Shown in pieces: positions 28,201 to 41,083 of a stretch of DNA of 64,000 nt. Within the stretch, counting starts at the first letter, position 1; the number at the start of each line of letters is the position of its first letter. A program made the position numbers and the translations under genes. The stretch covers positions 2,299,124 to 2,363,123 of the forward strand of contig CM082586.2 of NCBI GenBank assembly GCA_040954595.2, written 5' to 3'. Under the pieces are notes generated by a model that did not search any database, was not told where the DNA came from, and was given only the letters and a program-made list of their open reading frames with translations. Source of the DNA: Balanoglossus misakiensis. Lineage: Eukaryota; Animalia; Hemichordata.

Positions 28201-31000
28201 TTTTCGCATTGTAAAATAAATAAATAAACAATACGATGACTCTTGAACGCTTAAGAAATTAAGTTTTCGTGTCATGTATAATTGATGACATAACACAGAA
28301 CATTTGAAAGAGTTCGGATGGACGACTTTCAAGTTGTCAATTAAAAATTAAATTGTGACCTTTTGCATGAAAGCGATTCAGATGAACGATTATTTTTTGG
28401 GGTGTGTTTTTTCAGGCCTCTGCAGCGGAATCCGTGACGCTGGCAATCTCGCCTGGAAGATATCACTCGCCATCAAGGGAAATCTGTTGAACTCGAGCCA
28501 GCCACTCGGAGCGGAACAAAATGGAAACGTTTCCAAGAAATCTAAAGAACGAACAGGACCGTCCATGGACAGCCACCAGTTGCTGAGATCCTACGAAATA
28601 GAGCGATCTACTGACGTCTATAACATGACGCAGAGGTCTATAAGTAAGCAAACTCCCTTTCCAAGTTTGCGTTTCTAAATGTTGAGAGTTCAAAAGAGTT
28701 TGCCTGTGGCCTCTTACGGGAAGACTGTGCAGGGATGCTTTACAAACCAATAAAGCACAGACCGATCTCGTCTGGTGCTCATTAGCGCGCTATTGAGTGT
28801 CTTCAAAAGCGCACCCGTAACCTCCGCGCACAGCGCAGAGTGCAACGTGCCTAAGACAGACATCTTTTAATGAATACCAAACAGTAGATATGAACAGAAG
28901 ACGAAACCGTATCCCTTGGCTTAATGATCCACCGCATTCATGTCCACTTGCCGATTAAACGGGCGCACTCATGTCTGGGTTCTCGCAGGAGTGACCGCCC
29001 TCAGCGACGTCAAGTCGGCCAGCAAAATCACCGAAAAAGACCCCGAGCGATAATATCTTCTCTTCTCGATTTCAGATATTGGCTGGTTGATGATGATCCG
29101 CAATCCGTTTGCTTTGCTAATGAGAAATCTACTGCTAATTCTCTGCCAACTGATTGGGCTGGGGCGGAGCATTTTCGAGAAACCGACGCTGCGTCTCAGG
29201 GATGGCATTTTCGATGCCTCGAGCAGCAGGTACATTTGTGTAGATCAGTGTTGAAAAGCGCTATTGAATATCGCTCATTCACCCTTTCGATCGATCCGGC
29301 ATGTCAAGTTCATCCAAAATGTAAAGAAATACTTCACATTTATCTGTGCTCTTTAGGAAGCCGAAGGCGTTAACTAATCACGAACAATCGTTATACTTAT
29401 CGCTGCCATAGCAACAGATACACAAATATGACGTCATTAGGCTAACGTTTGCAGAAACCAGTGCGACAATAATGAGTACTCCAGTAAAATCATTTGACGT
29501 TCTACTCTTTTACACCAATTACTGCTGCAACTAAGGCATTAACTATTCCTATGTTATTTTCCCAAACAGTTGTGGAACGTTTTTCATCCAGCCTCAAGTT
29601 TTTGTGGAATCCTCACAAACGACAGCTCCGTTAGACAGGGTAGGCAAGTTAATAAAGAGATTGATAAAAATCATCATCATCATCTGACATCATCATCGAT
29701 AACACTAAAACCAAACTGACAAATTATCTGCTTTTTCTTCAAGGTGCTTGGTCATGGCTTTGCTTTGCTCTGCTATGACGTCACTCCTCGCATCTCAACA
29801 GCTATGACGTCATCCGTTCTGCAGCCACTGAATTTTACCTTAATAAAAGTCCTACCGAAGAGATTTATATCGATCTGTATGGACACGCGTGACGACCAAA
29901 GTAAACATAAAATAATCCAAATAGTAGACGTCAAAGGCGATCTTCAGAAGTGGTTCAGAAGACATAGAGGCGACGTGGCAATAATCAGACCCGACAGGTG
30001 ACAAAAACTAAATTATATTATATGAACGGACCCTGCTAGGAGAAATGTCCGATAGTTGGCCAATAGATGACCAAGAACCCGCACTTCCGCTGCTAAGGAT
30101 ACGCGTCGCGTTGGTTTTTATCATTTTGACGCTTATGTGGGAATCAAATGCCCGTTTGAAATATGAATTAAAAAAAAACGCCGACACTGTTTTCGCGAGA
30201 ACAAAATGCGTGGGCATTTCCCCCAGTAATTCACCTGTTTGTGAACATCAAACGACGCGGTTGACTCCCACACAGCTGGGATTAACAGTTTGCTTCGTCA
30301 TCTTCATAAAATGCTATGAATAATATAGAGCCTGATTTGTACACATCTACATCTATGATGGATGAACGGGCAAAGAGAGTTGAGTGATGACGTAGTTGAT
30401 CTGGTCTCTTGGCGCATCTGGAGGTGCCACCGAAACCCCAACTCGCAATTTTCGAATCTTATCCATCATCATCGACGTCAGACTCAACGATTTGTTTGTC
30501 ATATTCCGCGACATACTGTGGTTCCCAGCGACTTATGAATAGCGTTGATCAGAGTTTCTGCATCTCGGATAAAAATAGAACTTGCAGTACGGTCAAACAG
30601 TTCCGATAGCATGTACCGACACGGTGGCAATCGCGCGATCGTCAATGTTTGGCTAATTTATTATAATTAGATCCCGACAATTCTGATTGGCCAATCACTA
30701 TCCGCACATCGGAAACAGGTAGACCACGGCGCTTGTGATTGGTCAATTACGCGCTGCGCTCTTATGTGCAACGTAGACGCTCCAGATTAACTATTATTTC
30801 TATACATTCCCAGGTTTGTCTACGGCTGTGGGAAGGTGGAAAACTTGGCCGCCATGTTGGAAGAACTTGGAGCCATTCTCAGTGGAAAACGACCCTTGCA
30901 AAATCAACAAATGACCAGCACGATAAAATGGCAACTAGTCAAGACACTGACGGGGTTAATTCTGGTGGGGTGTGTTTTTTACTGGTACTTCTTTACGTGA
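19222..31000 (+). CDS. FAD-dependent aromatic hydroxylase, MhpA / 3-(3-hydroxyphenyl)propionate hydroxylase-like (604 aa, 12 exons)
   Basis: Exons 19222-19364, 21736-21778, 24213-24434, 24775-24937, 25646-25796, 26106-26229, 27506-27581, 28416-28643, 29076-29229, 29570-29639, 29744-29997 and 30814-31000 join in frame. Motifs: GLGPVG...AVFER, [71 protein letters not shown]. TATA ~19148, AATAAA ~31047. Confidence 0.9.
23987..24072 (+). repeat. Degenerate (CAAC)n/(CAAT)n simple repeat
   Basis: Visible tetranucleotide tandem run in intron 2 of the monooxygenase gene. Confidence 0.7.
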
Positions 31001-32524
31001 CTTAACTTAACTGCCAAGGTGTTTTGTATTGTTGGTATGTAAATACAATAAAAAAGGTGACATTCCTGTTTTTGTGCAGTTGTATGCTTAACTTTTCACT
31101 CTGGTCCAGTCAGCAACGCGAGGAATCCACCAGGCCCAGAACAAAGCAATGAGTTAGGAATGGACTCCCCAAAGCTGAAATATAAAACGCCTTTATTCCA
31201 AAGCATGGATTTCGACTAAATAAATTGAGAGTGATGGAGTATACAGTGTTATAGTCACATGTCAAAAGAAATTAAAAATAAAATCATGTGTAGAAAGAGG
31301 TCAAACGTCAAAATCAAAACATGAATAAAGGGATGAAATTTAATTGAAGGCTGGATTCAAAGCATAATCCAATTTCAAGGCAAAATACTAATGTGTGTGG
31401 ATTATTAACAGCGCCCTCTAACACAGACAGTTATTCTTTTGTTTATATAGATCTTCAGAGAAATACAGAGTACTTGGCACTACACTACAGCTGCATCAGT
31501 GAAATCTTCCAATCACTGAAATTAGTTCACATAAAAATTTGTTTATCAATTAAACGTGGTGATAACTGTTTATTAAGGCACGATTATTGCTTGAATTTGG
31601 GGATATGATTTGAAAATATACGTGTACTTTGTATCGAGAGTTCAAAGTTTAGATATGGTTAACTCACACTTAGACAATTTGGCTAATTAAACAAGGTAAT
31701 ATTTCACAGTTAGTTCAAAATTCCTCACTGACACCTGTGTTTACTACACGTAAATACTACAAGATGAATTCTTGTGGTTGTGAAATGCCATGTGGTCACA
31801 TACCTACCCTACTTAGTTTGATTTAATTCAACTGGCATGCCAAATTTTTATCAAGGTCAAGTTGAATTCTGTCAAAAATCAGCTCATAATCAGGTTTGTC
31901 TGAGCAAACCATGACAAAAAATTCATGTACAGCATTTGATCACCGAAGTGTTCATTTGATTACATGTATGTCATAATGCAATCCTGTTATACCACACGTC
32001 ACTATATGATGGACTACAATACTCCTCCACTGTGTTAGTCCATCTGTGTTTTGACCTTTGACACGCCAAAACAAAGCCTTGGCATTCCAATCCTCAAAGC
32101 TTTGCACTGTAGGCCGATAAAGGCTGAGAGTAGTTTGAGTGAAGCAGAGAAATTCATAATGAGCACAGAACAGTGCCCCAAAGTCCTTATGTCTTCCTTC
32201 AAACAGATAATTCTGCTGTGAGTCCATATTTAACGTAGTGTGGTCATCACTACAGATATTCCTGAATTACACTGCTGCAGTTTATGCATAATTTCAAGAA
32301 AACCTTTGTGATATTTCATGGTGACTGTATTCAATTTTCAAAACTTTCAAATAAAATACTTAGTTGTTGTAAATTTCAGGTAAAATTCCACAAAATTTAT
32401 AACTTGATAACCATGGCAGCCGATTGGTCATGAGTAATCATGTGATAGTTGATAAAAGCCAATCAGCAGATCACCTGACCAGAACTGCCCAATCACATTC
32501 ACTCACTGTCTCAATATGAACCAA

Positions 32525-35500
32525 TCACAGGTCATCATCACCAATATCTTCAAAGACATCATTCTCCACCACGGCTGAGGGTCCCTTTGCCCGCACTGAC
32601 GGCTTGAAGCTGACGGACTGCAATTTATCCTGCAAGAGACATCAAAATAAACTTATTGAATGGGTGTCCGTAACCTTAAAACACAAGAAGGAAAGGATCA
32701 GATCTCAGTCAGTTATTTTGTTTGGGGCAGGTTTCATATTAGACTGTTAAAATGCATGCCATGGCAGAAGTTACGAATCATGCAGAAACCATTAGAAGAA
32801 ATGGTTATATTAAATTAACTTTGGATGCATAAATTAATCATTAAACAATGAGTTACATGAAAGACAAATGAAAACACAGAGAAACAGAGGATACAACATG
32901 AATTAAAATACACCACACCACAATTCACTGAACACAGACACTACATAAAAGTGGAACTGTAAACATGAAAGTTTTGTTGGAAAGAATGAAGTTTGGTGTA
33001 ATATTTACAGAGTGGATATGCACTTGGTGGTGTGAGGATGTTGGATGGCCCGAGGTTCCAAACGGCTTCACAGACTGAAGTTTTTCCTGCAGTGGGGAGG
33101 AGGAGGAGAAAGCTCACATCAACCTCACATGACCATTAGGAACCAATGACATGTCGCATAGTAGTCACAAGACACCGGAGGACCAATGATGATCAAGAAT
33201 GAGTGATCACACAAGATACATGTGACAGTCACATGATATGAAATGGCCAATTGTGTTTCATACTTATCATATTTTTTACTGTTGGTAATTTTTCAAGACA
33301 GATACACATACACATGATACATGTACATACATTTTGATAACTTCTTTTAACCTCATTTGATGGATAAATTATGAATTAAGCACAGCATTTTAGGTGATGC
33401 AAATTAGCAGTTAGATGCATTTATAACTTTTGAAGATTATTTTGCCATGATTATGCCATGTGCAGACCTTGAAATCAAGTTCATGATGAACAAAGAATCC
33501 AAGCATAAATGATTGCAATATGGTGCCTTGCAGAAGTTACTGAACCCCCTAAGTTCCATCCAAAACATCATTCAATAAACCCCCTAAGTTCCCCCAAAAC
33601 ATCATTTAATAAACCCTCTAAGTTCCCCCAAAACTTACTGATATCTTTTTCACAGATTCCTTCGCCTTCTGTGCTGCGCCTGCCGTCTCCTCGGATGGTG
33701 ACTAAATCAAAGAATGAAATATAAATTGATAGTTTCAAAAGAATCCATTTTTGCCGTTGAAGAACTGAATAGAAAAGTCATATTGTAGTAATGCATAACA
33801 CTCTCTCACAAAAATAATAATTTCATTTTTCATCTGGCCATCTACTTACCTCTGGACTTGACAGCGAATTATTCGTTGAAGATTTGACACTTCCATCCCT
33901 CCGTTTAAAATCTCTTCTCGTTGCACGTATTCTGTCCTGCGGCTGTAAAGTAAAACGAGAAGATGATTAGGACAGGGAAAGAATTGGACAGTTGGGTTTG
34001 TACATTAAGAGAGAGGGGTGGGAAGGGTGGGAGAGAGAGAATGCATGTATACTCACCCTCTTCATTCTACCCCCCTGTTTCTTCATAATGAGTTCATCCA
34101 CCATGCCCTGCAGACAGATACTGATCAGGATGGCTTGGTCACTCTGTATGGCAATCCACTGAAGTTTGTCCTTAGCAACCAGATACTCAAACGAAAGTTC
34201 AAGTTCGGTGCTCTTTTCGCCGGATCCACCGGCATCGCCATTCTCATCATTGACCTGTGAAGCATAGAGGAAAGTTTTGCATCGAACATTACAGTAAATA
34301 CATTTGATTGAAAAAGTCAGTGGATATCCGTCAATGACTCCAGACATTGACCAACCAGGTCAATACAGTTTATTATGACCCTCACATTACTAACAATGGA
34401 GCGACCAGGTCAAATATAACTCAATAGAAACTCCCTCCAACATTACTCACAGTGGTTGTTATCCTCCAGCACCTCATCCTTGTGACTTTAAAGCTTCCTT
34501 CTTTGAGTTGTCCGTCGTCTCCTCGAACTCGGAAGTTCAATTCCCTGTTGCCGGCGCCGACGATTACTTTTGTGTTTTTCACGGGGTAGTCCGCAGTGCA
34601 CGGTTTGAACTGGATGAAACCGTAGTACTTCAGTGTCCTAGCAAGCCTTAAATACTGGATGTGAAACACAGAGAGAGAAAGTTTCTATAAAATGTGGTGT
34701 ATGTCATTGAAATAACATTTTCACTTGTTATCACACACTCTTTAGAACAACATGTTCACGAAATCTTACTCGATATGTTTTTCTTTTCAAAATGATATTT
34801 AATGACTTTGGAAGACATGATACGCACCTCTTTCTTCGAACCTTTTCCTTTTAAAGCCTCCAGCCTTTCCAGCTGTTCTTTGGTCGGTAGGGTCCATCCA
34901 CGTTCTATGTCACTGACCGCCTGAAAATGACAAACATAGCATGATTTGCTGACAGGAAGCCATGGTGCAGTGTTGACCAATCAGAACTGATGTCATTCAA
35001 ATCCGACCAATCAAACATCGTATTACATGACTCACCTGGACATAAAGTAAATTCATTGGAACTCTCTCGTCTAAAAGATCATCATCATAAGCAGGATCCC
35101 AAAAACTAGTAACCAGAATAAAAGAATTGTTAAATTGTTATGAACACAGGTACTTTCTTCTCTCATCAGAGTGAAATTAACCAACTCTTGCACATCTCAG
35201 GTCTGACTATTCTGTTTGCCATCTAGTGTATTGAATGGCGCCCCCAAGAGTTGAAACAAACCCAGTCATACTACTATTCACACAAATTCTTACCTTTTTC
35301 GTAGAACTATTTTGTGTTTGCTCCCTGACGTTTTCAAGGAAATGTAAGGTGATTCAAAATCTTGCATTTTACGGACAACTGCAGAAGCAATAATGACAAG
35401 AAAACAAACAAATGAATAACGTTGATCCTGGTATGTACATAATGTAAGACTCAAATGCTAATTGCCAGGAACATGACTCTCTTTGATTGTGACATACTTA

Positions 35501-38500
35501 CTTGAAAATGTGCCGTCGTGGTCTTTTTTGATCAGAAATAAGGCAAAATAGTAGACAAAGTCATCTGTTAATTCGACTTGGGCTGCAACTGCCTGTAGCA
35601 AAAGACCAGAATAATTCACACATGAAAACTTGGTGACTGCAGTAAAAAAAAATTGTACATGTCTGTTTGCAATGAGACATGTGTCTATCCCTTCTGTCCC
35701 ATTTGTTGGTATCACCCTCTGGTCTTAGATGGAAACCTTGGACCACTCCACTGTGAAATGGGGAGGGCTGTGTGATTCTGAGGGACACTTACCTCAAGAA
35801 CATCATCTGTTTGATCTGTCGACATTATTTGCACGGTAATTTTGTGGCCGTTTAAAAGATAGACATCCAGTTCCACGTCTTCTGCTTCTTGTTTCTGCGT
35901 CTCTTGTTGTGCGCTGAGAAAGAAACCATTGAAGAGTGGTCCGCTGGCTATCGTGGTGTCTTGACTGACTGGAGGAGGGAGGGGGAGGGAGGAAGAGAGA
36001 GTTGTGTCAAAATCGACAGATACTCAGTACATGTAGCTCAGCTCACTGATGGAGACCAAACTACACATTACAATAACACTGCCCTCAAACAATATATTTG
36101 TAAAATTTAGATCAATGTTCACAGTTACAAGCATTAATGGTGAGCAAAACAGCCATAGAGGGCGCTGTGATTACGACACTATTTTGAAAGCATAAAAAAA
36201 TAATATTATATGCATATGTATCAGGGTTGAACCCGTGATGTTTGTCAAGAAATCTCCACTCACTGATTTGAATAAATTTCTCCAGTTTCTCCCGTCTTTC
36301 CTCCTTCTGAACCGGCGTCAGAGACAGGATCTTCTTTGGTGGGAAATTTCCCGACACGGCATTGCCATATTCCTTCTTGAGTTTCTCGTGGAAATCGTGC
36401 AGTTGGCTGTACCGAACAGCGCAGTGGAAAACACCATTGACGTGAATGTTGTAAGCCTGTGTGTGAAGAAACAGAGAACAGTCTGTGAATTTCTGTGTAG
36501 TGACTGAAGTGTTTGATTTGTACAGTCATATATCCATTATCCAACAAGTACAAATAAAATCTGTTGCCTAGCAATTTGAATCCTTCGGTAGAGCCTTGAA
36601 CAAGGCAACCCGTTCCTCCATTTTATAGTGTGACATTCCGTGTACATGTACATCACAGACATGACAGATAGATATGATACATGCATGTAGTACAGAATCT
36701 GCACATATGGTATCATTAATCATTGAATTTTTACACTAAAAATATGAATAACACACAGACCATCCATTCGTATTATATATAATGTCTCGTTGTGTGCATT
36801 CTGTCTGTTAAACTGAATTCACTTGCTGTTTATCTCTTTTTCTATTTTGAATCTGCAGGTACCGCAACCAATCAATAAAAACAGACATATGAATTGTACA
36901 CTAAGAGTGTCTGTGATGTTACTGCATCTAGAACGCCACCACATATTCCCATTATTAATGACACTTCCTGCACATGGATGAATGCATCACTGACAATAAA
37001 TATCCCTGGCCCATTTCTCTTGTGCTACATAATTTAAATAGCGACAGGAAATTTCATTTTAAAAATAGACTTTATGACGAGGGAAATATCTTTTCACTTT
37101 GCGATTGCCTTGCCAAACGTTCACAAAATATGAATCTGGATTTATCTACTTCTGGCTAACTGTGCCATTTTGCCAATATGCTCACTAGGAGGCACAAAAA
37201 AAAAAAAAAGATGTACTGTACACTCAACTGGGAATATATGTATCACAATAGTATTCATTATAAACCGAAAATATTTTAATGTCAAAAGTGGACATACTTT
37301 CTTCTTACATAAACATTTCAGAAATCAGATCTGATTGTAGTTCTAATGAGCCAGAGCATTTTACCATTGAACGATCTTTCCATCATAAAATGAGCGAGGA
37401 CTGTTCCCGATTCCTCTGTGCATGCTAGCTACTTCCATAAATTGTGCTGGTTCATTGAGTTACAAATTGTTGGATCGCTTACAACAGTACATGGGTACAT
37501 GAGTATCGCAAACCTACCACCATGTACGCACAGAACGGCGAGTCGGGTATCGTGTTACTCGCGATTACGTGTGCTTTCAAGTAGTTACTAATGTTTATTG
37601 CAAACGCTTTTCAGAGAGTATTCAACTGCCATTAGTGGTTCCAGAAAATATGCCCCAATATACAATACCACTTCCACACTAATCTATGCGCCGTCCACTT
37701 GAGAGACAACTGAAACTTTGAAAAGTGTGAAAGGTTCGACTGTACAACCGTGGCAATAAAACAACAGCGGTGAGAGGGGAGAGCTATAATTTAAAGTGAC
37801 ATCGCCTTCGTTATTTTCTTGATGCGTTCTGACATCTGTCGGACAAGCGCTGTCATGTAGTAGACACAGACTCTAACTTCTGATTGATTGCCCCTGGTTC
37901 AAGAATGATGAAACCCCTTTCAGTAGTGTGAGGTTTCATGGTAACCCACCCCGCGCCATTGGCAGGCAAAACTTTCCTGAATCGGGGAATCCCGTTGAGA
38001 ACTGAATATCAAGTTTAGTTTGTTTTCAGATTCTCTAGTTCTTAGCCAGTGAATATATTGATCACACATCACAGCTCCTTGATGCTAATGCACTTTCACG
38101 CTGTGGTACGTCTCTCAGACATCGTCATGGAGTCCTGCATTAAAACCCCCCAGCAACAAAGGTCATGTAACACTGCAGCGTGGGTCATTCCTTGGGTGTA
38201 CTATTTCACAACCTCTGCGATTCCCAACTGACCTTTAAATTTGACTACAACTTTTAAACTGACACATATACACGGGTACATCATCACTGATATCCAGTTG
38301 TGGGTGTCCACAGATGTAATTCAAAACCTTTGCAGAACTTTCCCATTCAGGAAAAATGTTATTCTGAAATGTTGATATTTTTTCTGAAGTCTCTATACAG
38401 TGTACATGAAATTCATTCTTTGCTGAAGTAAAAATCATACAAAAAACACATTAGGAACACGCAAACATTAATTTGTGTGAGATATTGATCGGACAACCAA

Positions 38501-40640
38501 ACTAATAAAGGCAATTCCCTCTGGGCACCAGGAATAATAATGGAGGAAAGTGGTTTTTTAGATTATGTCATCACATGCCTTAAAGTCAAAAGATGCTATG
38601 GCTACCATGACGATAATTTGATACGCCAATTATAGAAGACAAATGTCACGTCTCTGTCACACAAATTGGATCAAATTTTCCAAGTCAATCTTCTACTTTC
38701 CTTACATCGGGGAATATTGGATTATAGTGGAGTTTACATAATTTCCATTTTCTCCAAAGCACAGCTGATATTTTCTTGGGTTTTGACAGAATTTCTTCCA
38801 CTCTGCTCTTTTTAAACTCATCAAGAACAGGATTCGGCAAAGAGACTCAGTAAATTTCATTCTGCCGCCTTGGAAGTTTTGGCATTTTTATTGGAGGTCG
38901 CATAATTGGTGGTAATTTCAGATGTTTCGCTTGTTTGTTTGTAGGGGCGTTGTTTCTCAAGGATTCTGAGAGATCAGAGCATGGCTGCCACAGTCATATT
39001 GTTGTAAAAGGGAGGCCATGCTGCCACGACGATTCTATTTTTGTATTGAAGGCTTGCTAATAGTAATACATCAAAAGTTGTGGTCGCTGCTTTTCCTGAT
39101 CTGATTGCAATATGGCACAGATAATATCAAACAGGTGTTCATCAATGCAGACTGAGATTTGTTGCGTATTTTCATTTTCGAAAGACATCTTAACCCTATA
39201 TTTAGACATATAATATAACCCTTTCACCACCATGGTTTGGTCCAAACCTATTGTTTTCTATAGTAATACTGGACCTCTATACAGGCATATGGGGTGATTT
39301 TTGACATCCTTGCATCACATGGGTTTGAAATACCATATGAGGTTAGCAACTTATTTGCAGTGAGTTATTTCCTGTAGAAACTAGGAGTGGGGATTTTTCT
39401 GATACCAACATTACAGTCATTCTCAGTTAATTTAAATTCGGAACAAGTGATGTGAGACAAGGGCGTTCACCCCTGACCTGGGGATACTATTCCAGTTAAT
39501 GCTGCTGACGTGTATATCATTGTGTGCCAATAAGGCATTCACCCTGCGATGACATATTCCACTCTATTGTACTTCACTGACAAGGTTGCATTTACACACA
39601 AGGAAATGCCGGTATTCGGCTCAGTAACAGTGGCACAGTGACAATTTTACTCACAGTGAGTTTTTGTGATACGACTCTGGGGGACCTTGAACTTCTCACA
39701 AGGAAATTGGCAACAAATGAATCTGGATATAACTGTGTTCACTATGAAAAGTCATAATACAGTGTAGTTTTATTTTATACCAGGAATAATGTTATTTTGT
39801 CTACTCAAAAACGAGTTGTGGTTAGTCAGTCCTAGGAATTTTACGCTCCCATAGGTCACTCTCTGATCTATGGCTTCTTTGCTTAAGTCATTTACTGGTA
39901 ATGGTATTTTTCACTGACTGCAGTGCTAAGGCCATTTATAAATTGAAAGAAGATGTTTTCTGGAGCAAAGTACATGAATCAGCACAAATGTTTGACATAT
40001 CTGCGTGGTGTTTTTTGTGTCATGTATACCACTCAAATGTGGATTTCAGAGGTACCAGTCCACTCAAGTATGTTTCAATTTTTCGTAATATCGCTCATAT
40101 CACCTGTAGGACACAATTTTCGATATCTGTTCCTGCCTTATGTTTGCTTGACTATTTAAAAGTTTTTAAAGACTTGCAATTTCTAGAGGCTACGTCCTGA
40201 TGGGTAAACATCAAGTAATATACATAGACTCTGGGTGTAAATATACTGGTCGTGACCTTTGACCTCATTGGCTCGTTTTCGGGTGGAGTCAAGTCGAAGT
40301 ACACATCATTACATTTTCAGTGCGGAAGATTTTTTAAGCAAATTGGGTCTATTTGCACATGTTTTGCATTGAAACACAAGTGTTACAGTCCCCCATGAAA
40401 GCAAACTAACCCGTTATGCTGTTTACAGTCCCTGGAAACAATCTTGTGTTAGTGTCTGAGCACCCTTCCTTGCCTGGGACTCTATGGGGCTCACCATTTT
40501 TCGGTATCGCCCTTCTCACACTCCGACCCAAGAGACCACATAAACACAGAAATACTAAGATCACAGTCTGTGTCACTTACCGTATATGTAGAAGTCCCCT
40601 CCCCCTTTAAGTCCTGTGTGTCTGGTATCGAAAAATGCAT
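32525..40640 (-). CDS. SNX17: Sorting nexin-17 (PX + FERM-like)
   Basis: Exon 1 40640-40581 (MHFSIPDT...), exon 2 36456-36264 (AYNIHVNGVFHCAVRYSQL...FPPKK), FERM exons (YLRLARTLKYYGF, FKVTRMRCWRIT, LELSFEYLVAKDKLQWIAIQSDQAILISICLQGMVDEL). Last exon 32629-32525 ends FEDIGDDDL*. Confidence 0.95.
33543..33634 (-). repeat. About 2.7 copies of a ~34-bp G-tract tandem repeat just inside an SNX17 intron donor
   Basis: Unit aaaccccctaagttcccccaaaacatcatt(c/t)aat repeated. Confidence 0.7.
39216..39297 (+). mobile_element. Short MITE (TAACCCTTTCACC...GGGGTGA ends) in SNX17 intron 1
   Basis: Dispersed repeat shared with 14153-14205 and 2139-2193; partial terminal inverted repeats. Confidence 0.5.
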
Positions 40641-40699
40641 GCTTGCAGCGGTTTTACAAACGACGATCACGATGTAAACATTCGTAGATTTCGTCACGA

Positions 40700-40740
40700 T
40701 CTGTGCGCCGCCATTTTGAGGTGTGTCACGTGCTGAATAT
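40700..40740 (-). promoter_or_regulatory. SNX17 core promoter with YY1-type motif and E-box
   Basis: cgccgccattttg (AAAATGGCGG on the minus strand) and gtcacgtg about 70-90 bp upstream of the ATG. Confidence 0.5.
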
Positions 40741-41083
40741 ATACTCTTAAGCGAGAAAGAGAACTATAAATTCTGTCTGAAAACGAAAGAATAAACATAA
40801 ACGGGCGCTGTCATCAACAGTGGAAAGAAAGGACTACGACAATGTAGTTTTCAATATGGAAATATGTTTATTTAAACGCCCATAAGGGATATATTTACAA
40901 AATATATACATTAAATATCTAAAATAAGTTTGTTTTACAAAGACATGTCATTTCAAAGACATTTCACTTATCATAAAATTAGAAAAGACAACGAAAGTGC
41001 AGGTAGCTGTTCGAGTTCAACCAGTGCGATGTTGATCTTGCATGTATACAACTGAAATATATATGATTAGCGTCAAATATTGT

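Noticed and set aside
33543-33634. ~34-bp direct repeats as a possible CRISPR array
   Set aside because: Tandem with no unique spacers, inside a eukaryotic intron, and no cas genes.
37330-39900. Coding-like but stop-riddled sequence in SNX17 intron 1
   Set aside because: Probably a decayed mobile element, but I could not recognise any domain or termini.
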